From NCBI RefSeq assembly GCF_000734015.1, contig NZ_CP008796.1:1410001-1442000 (forward strand): DNA of 32,000 bases, given 5' to 3'. The notes under the pieces were generated by a model, which made no database searches, was not told where the DNA came from, and saw only the letters and a list, made by a program, of their open reading frames with translations. Source of the stretch: Thermodesulfobacterium commune DSM 2178. Lineage in GTDB: Bacteria; Desulfobacterota; Thermodesulfobacteria; Thermodesulfobacteriales; Thermodesulfobacteriaceae. Below, in pieces: positions 9,383-17,814 of the stretch. Position 1 is the stretch's first letter. Every line of letters begins with the position of its first letter. A program made the translations under genes and the position numbers.

Positions 9383-9847
9383 CTACATTTTTTCAGATAT
9401 TAAACCCCTTAAGTCCTCCTCTTTCCGGTAAACCTGCCCAGTAAAAATTGCAACCAACCTGCCTTTTTCTTTCTCAAAAACCTTTACCTCATAAACTCCT
9501 GTCCTCTTAGTAAGACTTAACTCCTTAGCCTCAGCATAAAGATACTCTCCTACCTTAGCAGAAGAAGGGAAATAAATGGAAGAAGAAATAGCTAAAGCCA
9601 ACTTTCCGTGAGAATTTGAAGCAACGGCAAAAGCAAAATCTGCCAAAGAAAAAATAGCTCCACCCTGACACACTCCAGCTGCATTAAGCATGTCTTCTCT
9701 AACCTTCATCCCTATTAACGCATACCCAAGGTCTACCTCTATCAAATCTACCTCTAACCAAACGGCAACCCTGTCATGCTCTCTCATAAACTTAGCAATT
9801 TTCCAGACCTGTTCTTTTCTCGAAGCTTCCATCTTTTTACCTCTCAA
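9383..9847 (-). CDS. PaaI/hotdog-fold acyl-CoA thioesterase
   Basis: …LNAAGVCQGGAIFSLADFAFAVA… and the overall 140-150 aa hotdog layout. The start could instead be the ATG at 9832. Confidence 0.7.
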   Translation of the reverse strand: MRGKKMEASRKEQVWKIAKFMREHDRVAVWLEVDLIEVDLGYALIGMKVREDMLNAAGVCQGGAIFSLADFAFAVASNSHGKLALAISSSIYFPSSAKVGEYLYAEAKELSLTKRTGVYEVKVFEKEKGRLVAIFTGQVYRKEEDLRGLISEKM

Positions 9848-9998
9848 TTTTGTTGAATTTTTACTCTACTAAAAGCCCACTTCTTCCCTAACTTTAAACT
9901 CATTAACCCTTTTGTCAAACCCTTTTAACCTGCTCTTGTAAGTCCAAAATTAAAATGTCATATATTATTCTAAAGTTTAAATGTAACAAAATTATACT

Positions 9999-10011
9999 TT
10001 AATTGTGTCTA
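9999..10011. repeat. left arm of a 13-bp inverted repeat, TTAATTGTGTCTA
   Basis: Exact reverse complement at 10267-10279. Shares the 10-nt core AATTGTGTCT with both ends of the IS256-family element at 16402..17740. Confidence 0.7.
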
Positions 10012-10266
10012 CCAATGTGGGGGTAAAAGACCTCCCTCCTAAAATTAGATATTTTTCAACAATACCAAATATACCACTTTGCAAACTGAATCCACCCCTG
10101 AAAATACCTATATCATCTTAGCCCTCATCAAGATATCCTTCATTAGCCACTCTAATTGATTAATTATAAACAAACCTTCTAACCTTCTTCTTAATTTTGA
10201 GTTTAACTTTATCATTTTTACCAGGAGGGGAGAGCCCCTTAACCCTAAAATTTTAACCCTAAAATC

Positions 10267-10279
10267 TAGACACAATTAA
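10267..10279. repeat. right arm of the 13-bp inverted repeat, TAGACACAATTAA
   Basis: See 9999-10011. Immediately preceded by the tandem repeat TTAACCCTAAAAT x2 (10239-10251, 10253-10265) and the hairpin GGGG-AGAG-CCCC (10227-10238). Confidence 0.7.
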
Positions 10280-10382
10280 TGAAACACTATCTTTTTTTCC
10301 AGGTTATTTCTATTGATTTTAAAAATAATGTTTTTAAAATATTTTATACATAAATAAACAAACCTTACCACCGGAGGCAAGT

Positions 10383-10649
10383 ATGGATAGAAAGGCCTTA
10401 GAAGAGGAAATCAGAAAGGTAGCCTATGAGCTTTATGTAAAAAGTGGATGTATTCCTGGTAGGGACTTAGACAACTGGTTAGAGGCTGAAAGGATCGTTT
10501 TAGAGAGGTATGGCTTAATTTCTAAGGAAGGTTCTCAAGAAACAAGCCCCTCTTCAGCCTGTGAAACCCAACCTAAAACCAAGGTAAGATGCAGAAAAAA
10601 GACCGAAGAAAGCTCTGCTACCAAAGGTAGAGGCAAGAAAAAAGGATAA
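10383..10649 (+). CDS. DUF2934-like small protein with a basic C-terminal tail
   Basis: N-terminal IRKVAYELYVKSGCIPGRDLDNWLEAERIV matches the DUF2934 signature as I recall it. GGAGG lies upstream. Confidence 0.55.
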   Translation: MDRKALEEEIRKVAYELYVKSGCIPGRDLDNWLEAERIVLERYGLISKEGSQETSPSSACETQPKTKVRCRKKTEESSATKGRGKKKG

Positions 10650-10659
10650 TCTCTTTCCC

Positions 10660-10869
10660 TTATTCCACCACTTTATAACCAAGGCTTTCTATAGCCTGGG
10701 AAACTGCGTTTAAGTCTATTTCTTTAAGAGACTTTAAGGTTACCTCTTTGTTGTTTCGGTCTGCTTTAACAAAAATAAGGTCTGGGAACATCTTTTTGAG
10801 CCCATTTTCTATGGTCATTTCACAATGAGGACAGGTCATTCCTTCCACTTTTAAGCTATAGGTCTTCAT
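10660..10869 (-). CDS. copZ: copper chaperone (HMA domain)
   Basis: 69 aa with a GMTCPHCE metal-binding motif, directly downstream of copA. Confidence 0.85.
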   Translation of the reverse strand: MKTYSLKVEGMTCPHCEMTIENGLKKMFPDLIFVKADRNNKEVTLKSLKEIDLNAVSQAIESLGYKVVE

Positions 10870-10892
10870 CTACTCTCCCTCCTGCTGAAATT

Positions 10893-13316
10893 TTATAGTT
10901 TTACCTTTTTTAAACTTAAGGAATTTATAAGCACAAAAAGTGAACTAAAAGCCATAGCCCCTGAGGCAAAAACTGGCTTTAAAAGAAGTCCTGAGAAAGG
11001 ATAAAGCACCCCTGCAGCCACAGGAATAAGAATAAGGTTATAAAAGAAGGCCCAGAAGAAATTTTGTTTTATCTTTTTATAGGTTATTTCAGCTAACCTA
11101 AGGGCTTTTAAAAGATCTCTCAGGTCGTTTTTTATCAGAATAAGGTCTGCGGTAGCAGAAGCAACCTCTGTGCCTGACCCTATAGCCACACCTAAGTGAG
11201 CTTTAGCTAAGGCTGGAGCGTCATTTACCCCATCTCCTACCATAGAAACAATATTTCCCTTTTCTCTTAATTCTTCTATTTTTAATGCCTTTTCCTGAGG
11301 CAAAACCTCAGCCCAAACCTCATCAACCTCAAGTTTTTTAGCCACCTCTTTAGCTGTCTGCCAGGCATCTCCTGTGAGCAACCCTACCTTAATACCTTTT
11401 TTCTTAAGGATTTGCAACACCTCCAAGGCCTCTTCCTTAACCTTATCCTCAAACCAAAAAGCAGAACAAAGCCTTCCGTCTACAGCTACCAGCACATAAG
11501 AAATTCCTTCTATGTTACCTTCGCTTAAAAATCGCTCAAACTCATCTAAAGCTAAGCCAGCCTCTTCCATAAACCGTCTATTCCCAACCAATACCTCTTT
11601 ACCTTTTAATTGGGCTACCACCCCTTTTCCAGGCAAATAGTAAAATTCATCAGGTTCTTCCACCTTTAACCCTCTTTTTCTGGCAAACTCTACCAGAGCC
11701 TTTCCAAAGGGATGCTCTGAATTCTTTTCCGCAGAAGCGGCAAAAAAGATAGCCTCTTCCTCAGAACAGCCTGAAAAAACCTCCATCTTCTTAACCATCG
11801 GCTGCCCATAGGTAAGGGTACCTGTTTTATCAAATACTACATAATTTAGCCGGTTTGCATACTCTAAAGCTTCAGGGTTTTTGATAAGGATGTTTTCTTC
11901 TGCAGCTTTTCCTGTAGCCACCGCAATAGCTGTCGGGGTAGCAAGACCTAAAGCACAAGGACAGGCTACTACCAGAACGGAAATAGCATTCATTAAGCTA
12001 AAGGTTAGTCCATATCCTAACCCAACCCACACCAGAAAAGTAACCAGCGCAATCGCTATGACCAAAGGCACAAACACAGAGGCTATCCTGTCGGCAAGTT
12101 TCTGTATGGCAGGTTTGGTAGCCTGAGCCTCTCTAACCAATTTTATGATGTGAGCTAAGACTGTATCTTTCCCTACATGGGTTACCCTTACTTTAAAACT
12201 TCCTGTAAGGTTTACTGTGCCTCCTATAACCTTATCCCCTACCCTTTTTTCTACAGGCAAACTTTCTCCAGTAATCACAGCCTGGTCTACCAACCCTATA
12301 CCTTCTACAATTTCTCCGTCTACCGGAAATCTTTCTCCAGGTTTAACCAAGACCAGGTATCCTACTTGAACCTCTTTTATAGAAACCTCTTTTTCCATGT
12401 TGTCCTTGATAATCCTGGCTTTTGATGGCTGAAGAGAGGCAAGTTTTTTGATAGCCTCTGTAGTTTTATATTTTGCCTTTGCCTCAAGGAACCGTCCAAA
12501 AAGGATAAGGGTAATGATTACCGCTGCTGTCTCATAATAAACCTGAGGAGTCTGTCCTGAAGCCCAAAAAATATCAGGGAAAAAGGTTGCTACAAAACTA
12601 TATAAATACGCTGCTCCTGCTCCAAGGGCAATCAAGGTGTTCATGTCAAAAGAAAGATGCCTAAGCCCTTTGGCTGCAGCCTTAAAAAACCTACTACCTC
12701 CGTAAAACAGCACCGGAGTTGTCAAACCAAAAAGCACATAGTTAAAAACCTCTCTTTTCCCAACATGCCCCAAAACATGGGTTACCATGTCTAAAAGAAT
12801 AAAACCTGTGAGTATCGCACTAATCAAAAATTTTTTCTTTAACTCCTGCTCTTCTCTTTTTCTAAAGACCTCTTCATAGAGTTCTACCTCTCCTTGCAAG
12901 ACAACTGCCTGATCATAACCTAAGCTGGCAAGTCTTTTTTTGAGGTCTTCTGGTTCTACCAGAGTAGGGACATAGTCTAAAGTCAGCTCTTCTGTTGCCT
13001 GATTGGCTGAAGCTTCTACCACACCTAAAACCTTTAAAAGTTCTTTCTCGATTTTTTTAGGGTCTCCTAAGGATAATCCTTCTATCTTAAAAACCACCCG
13101 CTGAACCCCTAAATCATACCCTCCTTTTTGTAGTGCCTTCCTTATAGCCTTTAAATCAAGACGTTTTTCTTCTTCAACCTCTAAAGTTGCCTTTTCTGTG
13201 ATCAAGTTTACCGTTGCTTGTTTTATGCCAGGAACCTTCAAAAGCAGGTCAGTAACCCTTTTAACACAGGCAGCACAGGTCATCCCTATGATAGGAATTT
13301 CCAAAACTTTTTCCAA
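10893..13316 (-). CDS. copA: Cu(I)-translocating P1B-type ATPase
   Basis: N-terminal HMA (GMTCAACV), a second HMA-like domain without cysteines, the TM CPC motif ([12 protein letters not shown]), [15 protein letters not shown], and YN…P and M..SS motifs in the last TM helices. Confidence 0.9.
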   Translation of the reverse strand: MEKVLEIPIIGMTCAACVKRVTDLLLKVPGIKQATVNLITEKATLEVEEEKRLDLKAIRKALQKGGYDLGVQRVVFKIEGLSLGDPKKIEKELLKVLGVVEASANQATEELTLDYVPTLVEPEDLKKRLASLGYDQAVVLQGEVELYEEVFRKREEQELKKKFLISAILTGFILLDMVTHVLGHVGKREVFNYVLFGLTTPVLFYGGSRFFKAAAKGLRHLSFDMNTLIALGAGAAYLYSFVATFFPDIFWASGQTPQVYYETAAVIITLILFGRFLEAKAKYKTTEAIKKLASLQPSKARIIKDNMEKEVSIKEVQVGYLVLVKPGERFPVDGEIVEGIGLVDQAVITGESLPVEKRVGDKVIGGTVNLTGSFKVRVTHVGKDTVLAHIIKLVREAQATKPAIQKLADRIASVFVPLVIAIALVTFLVWVGLGYGLTFSLMNAISVLVVACPCALGLATPTAIAVATGKAAEENILIKNPEALEYANRLNYVVFDKTGTLTYGQPMVKKMEVFSGCSEEEAIFFAASAEKNSEHPFGKALVEFARKRGLKVEEPDEFYYLPGKGVVAQLKGKEVLVGNRRFMEEAGLALDEFERFLSEGNIEGISYVLVAVDGRLCSAFWFEDKVKEEALEVLQILKKKGIKVGLLTGDAWQTAKEVAKKLEVDEVWAEVLPQEKALKIEELREKGNIVSMVGDGVNDAPALAKAHLGVAIGSGTEVASATADLILIKNDLRDLLKALRLAEITYKKIKQNFFWAFFYNLILIPVAAGVLYPFSGLLLKPVFASGAMAFSSLFVLINSLSLKKVKL

Positions 13317-13346
13317 GATACCTCCTTCTCACCTAAAAATTTTACC

Positions 13347-14231
13347 TTAATCAGAGCTCATTTTGGTTTTTTCTAACTCTCCTTTTAAGAAGAAAAGATT
13401 ATTTCTAACCCGATGAGATAGATTTTCCACCGAGCGAAGTTCTTTAAAAAGTTGTTCTATGTCCTTTTCCATTTCATATAGTCCTTTCTCTAACTTTACT
13501 ATAAATCCAGAAAAATCTGAAGCCTCTATCACCTGTCCGAATCTTTCCCAAAAGAAAAACACAAACATCAAAAAAGACAAAAGTAAACCATAAGGCACAA
13601 GGATGACTTTATCTTTTTCTAACTCCTCTAACAGTTTGGACTTACAAAAATCATAAATCCTGTCAGGGACAGTCATTACGGCAAATCCCACTGACTTTTC
13701 GTCTTTAGTATAAGTTATGATCTCTTTAGCCCTTTTCTTAATCCTTTTTATAACCTCTTTTAACTCTTCTTCAGTAAGCTCTTCTTTAGTAAGAATCTCT
13801 GGAGAAGTAACCTTTGAATCTATAGGTAAATACTTCCCGTCTCTTAAAACAAAGGCAAACTCAACCTCCGACGCCCCCATCTTAAGATTTCTGACAAGTA
13901 GATTGGGAGGTAAAAGAGCTAAAACTTCTTCTACAGCCCTTTCCCCAGCTTTACCTGACTTCCTACTTAAAAATATAGCGTTAAGCTTAGCTACATCCTC
14001 ACTTAAACCCTTAAGCACCTCTTCTGCTATGTATAGTTTGGTAAGGTCCTTTTTAATCTCCTGGAGGTCAGACATCCTTTCTTTGACTGAAAATAATGGC
14101 TCTGAGATGTTTTCTAACCTTTGTTGAACCCAGGAAAATCTTTCGTCTACGTATTTTCTTAAGTTAGCATAAAAATACCAGAAAACCCCCACCAACCCAA
14201 CAAAAAATATCACCAACCAGAGGTAGTCCAT
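13347..14231 (-). CDS. rmuC: RmuC-family DNA recombination/nuclease-like protein (short form, N-terminal TM helix)
   Basis: TM helix, coiled-coil segment, then KSGKAGERAVEEVL…VEFAFVLRDGKYLPIDSKV…FAVMTVPD. This resembles the RmuC core (RG.WGE…PD..i.LP.g..l.iDsK). Confidence 0.55.
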   Translation of the reverse strand: MDYLWLVIFFVGLVGVFWYFYANLRKYVDERFSWVQQRLENISEPLFSVKERMSDLQEIKKDLTKLYIAEEVLKGLSEDVAKLNAIFLSRKSGKAGERAVEEVLALLPPNLLVRNLKMGASEVEFAFVLRDGKYLPIDSKVTSPEILTKEELTEEELKEVIKRIKKRAKEIITYTKDEKSVGFAVMTVPDRIYDFCKSKLLEELEKDKVILVPYGLLLSFLMFVFFFWERFGQVIEASDFSGFIVKLEKGLYEMEKDIEQLFKELRSVENLSHRVRNNLFFLKGELEKTKMSSD

Positions 14232-14631
14232 ATTCTATGATTTTACTTTATTAATAAATTAAAGCAATTAGGTTATAACGAGATAATACCAAAAAAGTTT
14301 TATTGCAAGCGTTGGTTATAATCTATTTCTGATGCACTGTATTCTGGGATTACTCCATCTATCTCAAGGACAGTATAGCTTATAGCCAGACCCTCAATAC
14401 AATCGCCAAACAATCTTCTTATCGGAGTTAAAAACTTATAAACCAAGAATCTTAATAAAGAAAGGTTAGGGTTGAAATTATAGTTATAAGCTTTTTAGAA
14501 AGTTTGGAAAATAAAATTGTTGCAGGAAAAATAGCAAAGTACCATTTAATAACTCTTTAAATTTGGCGCCTTGCTCTATTTATTTACTATATTATAATGT
14601 TTGAGTTGATCCTTTCTTTAATTAAAAAGAC

Positions 14632-15774
14632 ATGAAAACACAAGTATTTAAAAGTCAAGAAAAAACCTTACTATTTGCATTAGAAGATATTAAGAATCAG
14701 ATAGATAAAAATTTTGACAGCTATGATTTTTTAATCTTTGCTATATCTCCTGACTACCCATATATTGATATAAACTACTATATAAAAAAGGTTTTTAACA
14801 CAGAAAAATACTTAGGGTTCCACGCTATTCACTCTTTTTGCGACACTGAAATAGTAGAAGGCATTTCTGTAGCTGTTATAAAATTTGAAACAACTGGTAA
14901 AGTAGAAATTTTTTATTTAGAAGATATTGACGAGGACGATGCAGTTATAAAAACTGCAAACTATTTCAACTCAAATCCAGATAAGCTTCATATCGTTATC
15001 GGAGGACTAGGTAATAAAAAAAGATTTGGAACATTTATAGAAGAGGTATCTCAATTTATAAACTATCAACCAGTAAATAACATAATTGGAGGTGTATCTT
15101 CTGGACATAGAGATGCTAACGGAGAGGTTTTATCATATCAGTTTGTTGACTTTAAAATTATAAAAAATGGTTTTGTAATTATAACCTTTTCAAACATAGA
15201 TTTTGCGATAGATATAGCCCTTGGGTTCAAACCTTATGGAGTTACTTACGAGATTAAAAAGGCTAAAGATTACAAACTGTACTTAGTAGATGATAATAGA
15301 AATTTTAGCGATATTACACGATCATTTATGAAGGGTATAGATAATTTTGATATAAGATATTTATGGTATATACCTATTTACATACTTGATGATGAAGAAG
15401 GATATGTAGCAACTCTCAGAACATTTAAAAAAGTTGCAAAAGATTATGTAGAGTTTTTCGGTCCAGTAAAGGAAGGTCAAAAATTAAAACTTTCTTTTGC
15501 TACACCTGAAGAACTACTAAAGGAAAATTTTAAAATCGCAAAAAAAGTAAAGGAAAGAATAGAATACTGTGATATTCTGTTTAACTTTTCTTGCACAGCA
15601 AGGCAATATGTATTAGAAGAAAGGCAAAGAGAAGAAATAGAAATTTATGTTTCAACTTTAAATAGTAATCTTTTTGGATTCTTTACTTTTGGAGAAATAG
15701 GGCCAGACAAACATTTTAAAAAACTAAAGTTTTATAATGAAACATCTATCTTGTTGGCGATGAAGGAAAGATGA
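14632..15774 (+). CDS. FIST-domain sensor protein (FIST_N + FIST_C)
   Basis: C-terminal LFGFFTFGEIGP…FYNETSILLAMKE is the FIST_C signature. N-terminal DFLIFAISPDYP…LGFHAIHSF fits FIST_N. Codon usage is very AT-rich. Confidence 0.65.
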   Translation: MKTQVFKSQEKTLLFALEDIKNQIDKNFDSYDFLIFAISPDYPYIDINYYIKKVFNTEKYLGFHAIHSFCDTEIVEGISVAVIKFETTGKVEIFYLEDIDEDDAVIKTANYFNSNPDKLHIVIGGLGNKKRFGTFIEEVSQFINYQPVNNIIGGVSSGHRDANGEVLSYQFVDFKIIKNGFVIITFSNIDFAIDIALGFKPYGVTYEIKKAKDYKLYLVDDNRNFSDITRSFMKGIDNFDIRYLWYIPIYILDDEEGYVATLRTFKKVAKDYVEFFGPVKEGQKLKLSFATPEELLKENFKIAKKVKERIEYCDILFNFSCTARQYVLEERQREEIEIYVSTLNSNLFGFFTFGEIGPDKHFKKLKFYNETSILLAMKER

Positions 15775-16370
15775 GAGAGGAAATAAAAATAAAACTACTA
15801 CAAAATCTTTTAAAAGAAGTAACCAAGAAATACGATTCCATTTTATATCTAAAAGAACAAAAATTAAAAGATACTTATTTAATGGCTATCAAAGATGAAC
15901 TTACAGGGTTGTATAACAGATATTATCTTAAAGATTATTTAGTAAAATTGATTGAAAAATTAAAAAGAAACAAAAACAATAAACTTTTTCTCATATTTAT
16001 AGACCTTGACAACTTTAAACTGATTAACGATACATATGGACATAATAAGGGTGATAACGTTTTAAAAGAAGTGGCTGAGATATTAACTGCAAATTTTAGA
16101 AAATATGACATCATATCAAGATATGGTGGAGATGAATTTATTGTATTATTGGAATCTAACGAAGACCCAACAAAAAGAATAAATGCTTTAAGGCAGAATA
16201 TAGAGGAAATTTTCAAAGAGTTTAATCTATCTTTTAGTTATGGCATTTCAATCTTTCCTGATGATATAGAAAATATCAACATGCCAACTCAGGAAATAAT
16301 AAAACTGTTAATAGAAATTGCCGACAAAAGAATGTATGAAGAAAAAACGAAAAAAGAAAAGGTTGTTTAA
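15771..16370 (+). CDS. stand-alone GGDEF diguanylate cyclase with a short N-terminal coiled coil
   Basis: DELTGLYNRYYL, FIDLDNFKLINDTYGHNKGDNVLK and an intact RYGGDEFIVLL. No RxxD I-site 5 residues upstream of GGDEF. The ATG overlaps the FIST stop codon (ATGA). Confidence 0.85.
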   Translation: MREEIKIKLLQNLLKEVTKKYDSILYLKEQKLKDTYLMAIKDELTGLYNRYYLKDYLVKLIEKLKRNKNNKLFLIFIDLDNFKLINDTYGHNKGDNVLKEVAEILTANFRKYDIISRYGGDEFIVLLESNEDPTKRINALRQNIEEIFKEFNLSFSYGISIFPDDIENINMPTQEIIKLLIEIADKRMYEEKTKKEKVV

Positions 16371-16393
16371 AACTAAAGCAATCAATATTTTCT

Positions 16394-16401
16394 TCAAGAA
16401 G
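16394..16401. repeat. target-site duplication TCAAGAAG (left)
   Basis: An identical 8-mer abuts the other end of the IS at 17741-17748. Confidence 0.75.
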
Positions 16402-17740
16402 GGGAGTAGAATATAAATTGTGTCTTTTAATAAAATATTTTAGAGGCATAATAAAAATTTTTAATATTTTTTAAATTAATGATAACATAAAACCTAAAAG
16501 ACTAAACTAACCAGGAGGTCTGTAAAATGAAAAACTTAGACTTAGATTTAGAAAAAGTTTTAAGTGAAATCTCAAAAATTGAATCAAAAGAGGGTATCAA
16601 AATGGCTGCTGCACTCCTCTTAAACGCTCTCATGAAAAAAGAAAGAGAAATATTCCTTAGAGATAGTATTGATAATAAAGCTAATGGTTACTATGAAAGA
16701 CAACTTGCCTGTTTCTTAGGTAACCTTGGTATCTCTGTCCCAAGAGATAGAAAATCTGAATTCAGACCTGCTATTCTTCCTCCTGAATGGCAAAAAGCTG
16801 ATGAATCTTTCCAGGACTTTATCCTTAACCTCGTTCTCCAAAGCTACTCCCCCAATAAAATCAAAGCCCTCTTGCAATCTATGAAACTTCCCTACTCTCC
16901 AGAACAAATAGAAGAAATTAAAGAAGAATTGTATAACCAAGCCAAAGAATTAAAAACCAAAGAATTGCCAGAAAATTTGTTTGCTATGTTTATAGACGCT
17001 TATCATACTCAGATAAAAGATACCGAAGCCAACAGAATCAGAAAAGCAGTTATTTATAATATCATCGGAATAGATATGGAGGGAAGAAAAAATTTACTTT
17101 CTTATTACATTTATTTTGGTTCAGAGACGAAGGAGGACTGGCTCCAGATACTTAATGATTTGATAAAGAGGGGAGTTAAGAGGGTTATGGTAATAGTGAG
17201 TGATGATTTTCCTGGCCTTGCTCAAGCCATAAAAGCCCTTTTTCCTGAGACAGATCATCAGCTTTGTTTTGTACACATGCAAAGGAACATCAACAGGAAC
17301 ATGTCTAAGCAGGATGCTAAAAAATTTTATGAGGAGTTAAGCATTATAAAGAGGATAGAGGAGTATGAGAGGGCCTTAATTAGATTTGAGGAATTATGTA
17401 AGAGTTATGAGAAGAAGTATCCAGCTTATATAAAGGGACTTTTGAAAAAGAAGGAGCATTATTTTGTTTATAAGAAATATCCTGAGGGGGTGAGGAGGTA
17501 TATATACACGACGAATGTGGTTGAGAATATAAATAGCAGGATAGAGCTGATAAGGGTAAATACAGGGGGATATTTTCAATCAATCAAGACAGCAGAGGTT
17601 GCGATATACATAACAGTAAGTCGGATTCAGAAAACGAGATGGCAAAAACCACTTCCTTTAATTAAGTCTGCTTTATACGAATTGAGGCAAATGTTTGTAA
17701 AGAGATTTTATAAGGAGACACAATTCTCTTGACAAGTGTC
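16402..17740 (+). mobile_element. intact IS256-family insertion sequence (1339 bp)
   Basis: Single transposase ORF. Imperfect terminal repeats GGGAGTAGAATATAAATTGTGTCT / (rc) GACACTTGTCAAGAGAATTGTGTCT. 8-bp direct repeats on both flanks. Boundaries are confirmed by the second copy, which shares exactly these ends. Confidence 0.85.
16527..17732 (+). CDS. IS256-family (Mutator-type) DDE transposase
   Basis: FIDAYHTQIKD…IIGIDMEGRKNLL…SETKEDWLQILNDLIKRGVKRVMVIVSDDFPGLAQAIKALFPETDHQLCFVHMQRNI…YTTNVVENINSRIE. GGAGG lies 8 nt upstream. Confidence 0.9.
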   Translation: MKNLDLDLEKVLSEISKIESKEGIKMAAALLLNALMKKEREIFLRDSIDNKANGYYERQLACFLGNLGISVPRDRKSEFRPAILPPEWQKADESFQDFILNLVLQSYSPNKIKALLQSMKLPYSPEQIEEIKEELYNQAKELKTKELPENLFAMFIDAYHTQIKDTEANRIRKAVIYNIIGIDMEGRKNLLSYYIYFGSETKEDWLQILNDLIKRGVKRVMVIVSDDFPGLAQAIKALFPETDHQLCFVHMQRNINRNMSKQDAKKFYEELSIIKRIEEYERALIRFEELCKSYEKKYPAYIKGLLKKKEHYFVYKKYPEGVRRYIYTTNVVENINSRIELIRVNTGGYFQSIKTAEVAIYITVSRIQKTRWQKPLPLIKSALYELRQMFVKRFYKETQFS

Positions 17741-17748
17741 TCAAGAAG
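17741..17748. repeat. target-site duplication TCAAGAAG (right)
   Basis: See 16394-16401. Confidence 0.75.
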
Positions 17749-17790
17749 CCCTCTTTCTGGATGATATAGAAAATTCATCTAAAATATGAA
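17749..17790 (+). pseudogene. short GGDEF-gene-like fragment
   Basis: 17752-17774 matches 16252-16274 at 21 of 23 nt. In frame it reads …ALFLDDIENSSKI*, compared with …SIFPDDIENINMP in the intact cyclase. Confidence 0.35.
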
Positions 17791-17814
17791 AAAATGTCTG
17801 ATTACACTTAATAT

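Noticed and set aside
10095-10215. 35-codon minus-strand sORF (MIKLNSKLRRRLEGLFIINQLEWLMKDILMRAKMI) inside the gene-free spacer
   Set aside because: It has no SD upstream, is too short and has no recognisable motif.
13717-14127. 136-aa plus-strand ORF antisense to rmuC, and the many 60-125-aa ORFs antisense to metE, rpe, copA, acsB, acsC, acsE, the transposases and other genes
   Set aside because: These are shadow ORFs. Their Ser/Leu/Phe-rich composition is the mirror of K/E-rich genes, they lack RBSs, and each is fully nested in a well-supported gene on the other strand.
14300-14494. 64-codon open frame on the minus strand without a start codon (…RRLFGDCIEGLAISYTVLEIDGVIPEYSASEIDYNQRLQ*)
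   Set aside because: It has no ATG or GTG with an RBS, and I do not recognise the peptide. It may be a gene relic at the edge of the AT-rich segment, but that cannot be supported from sequence alone.
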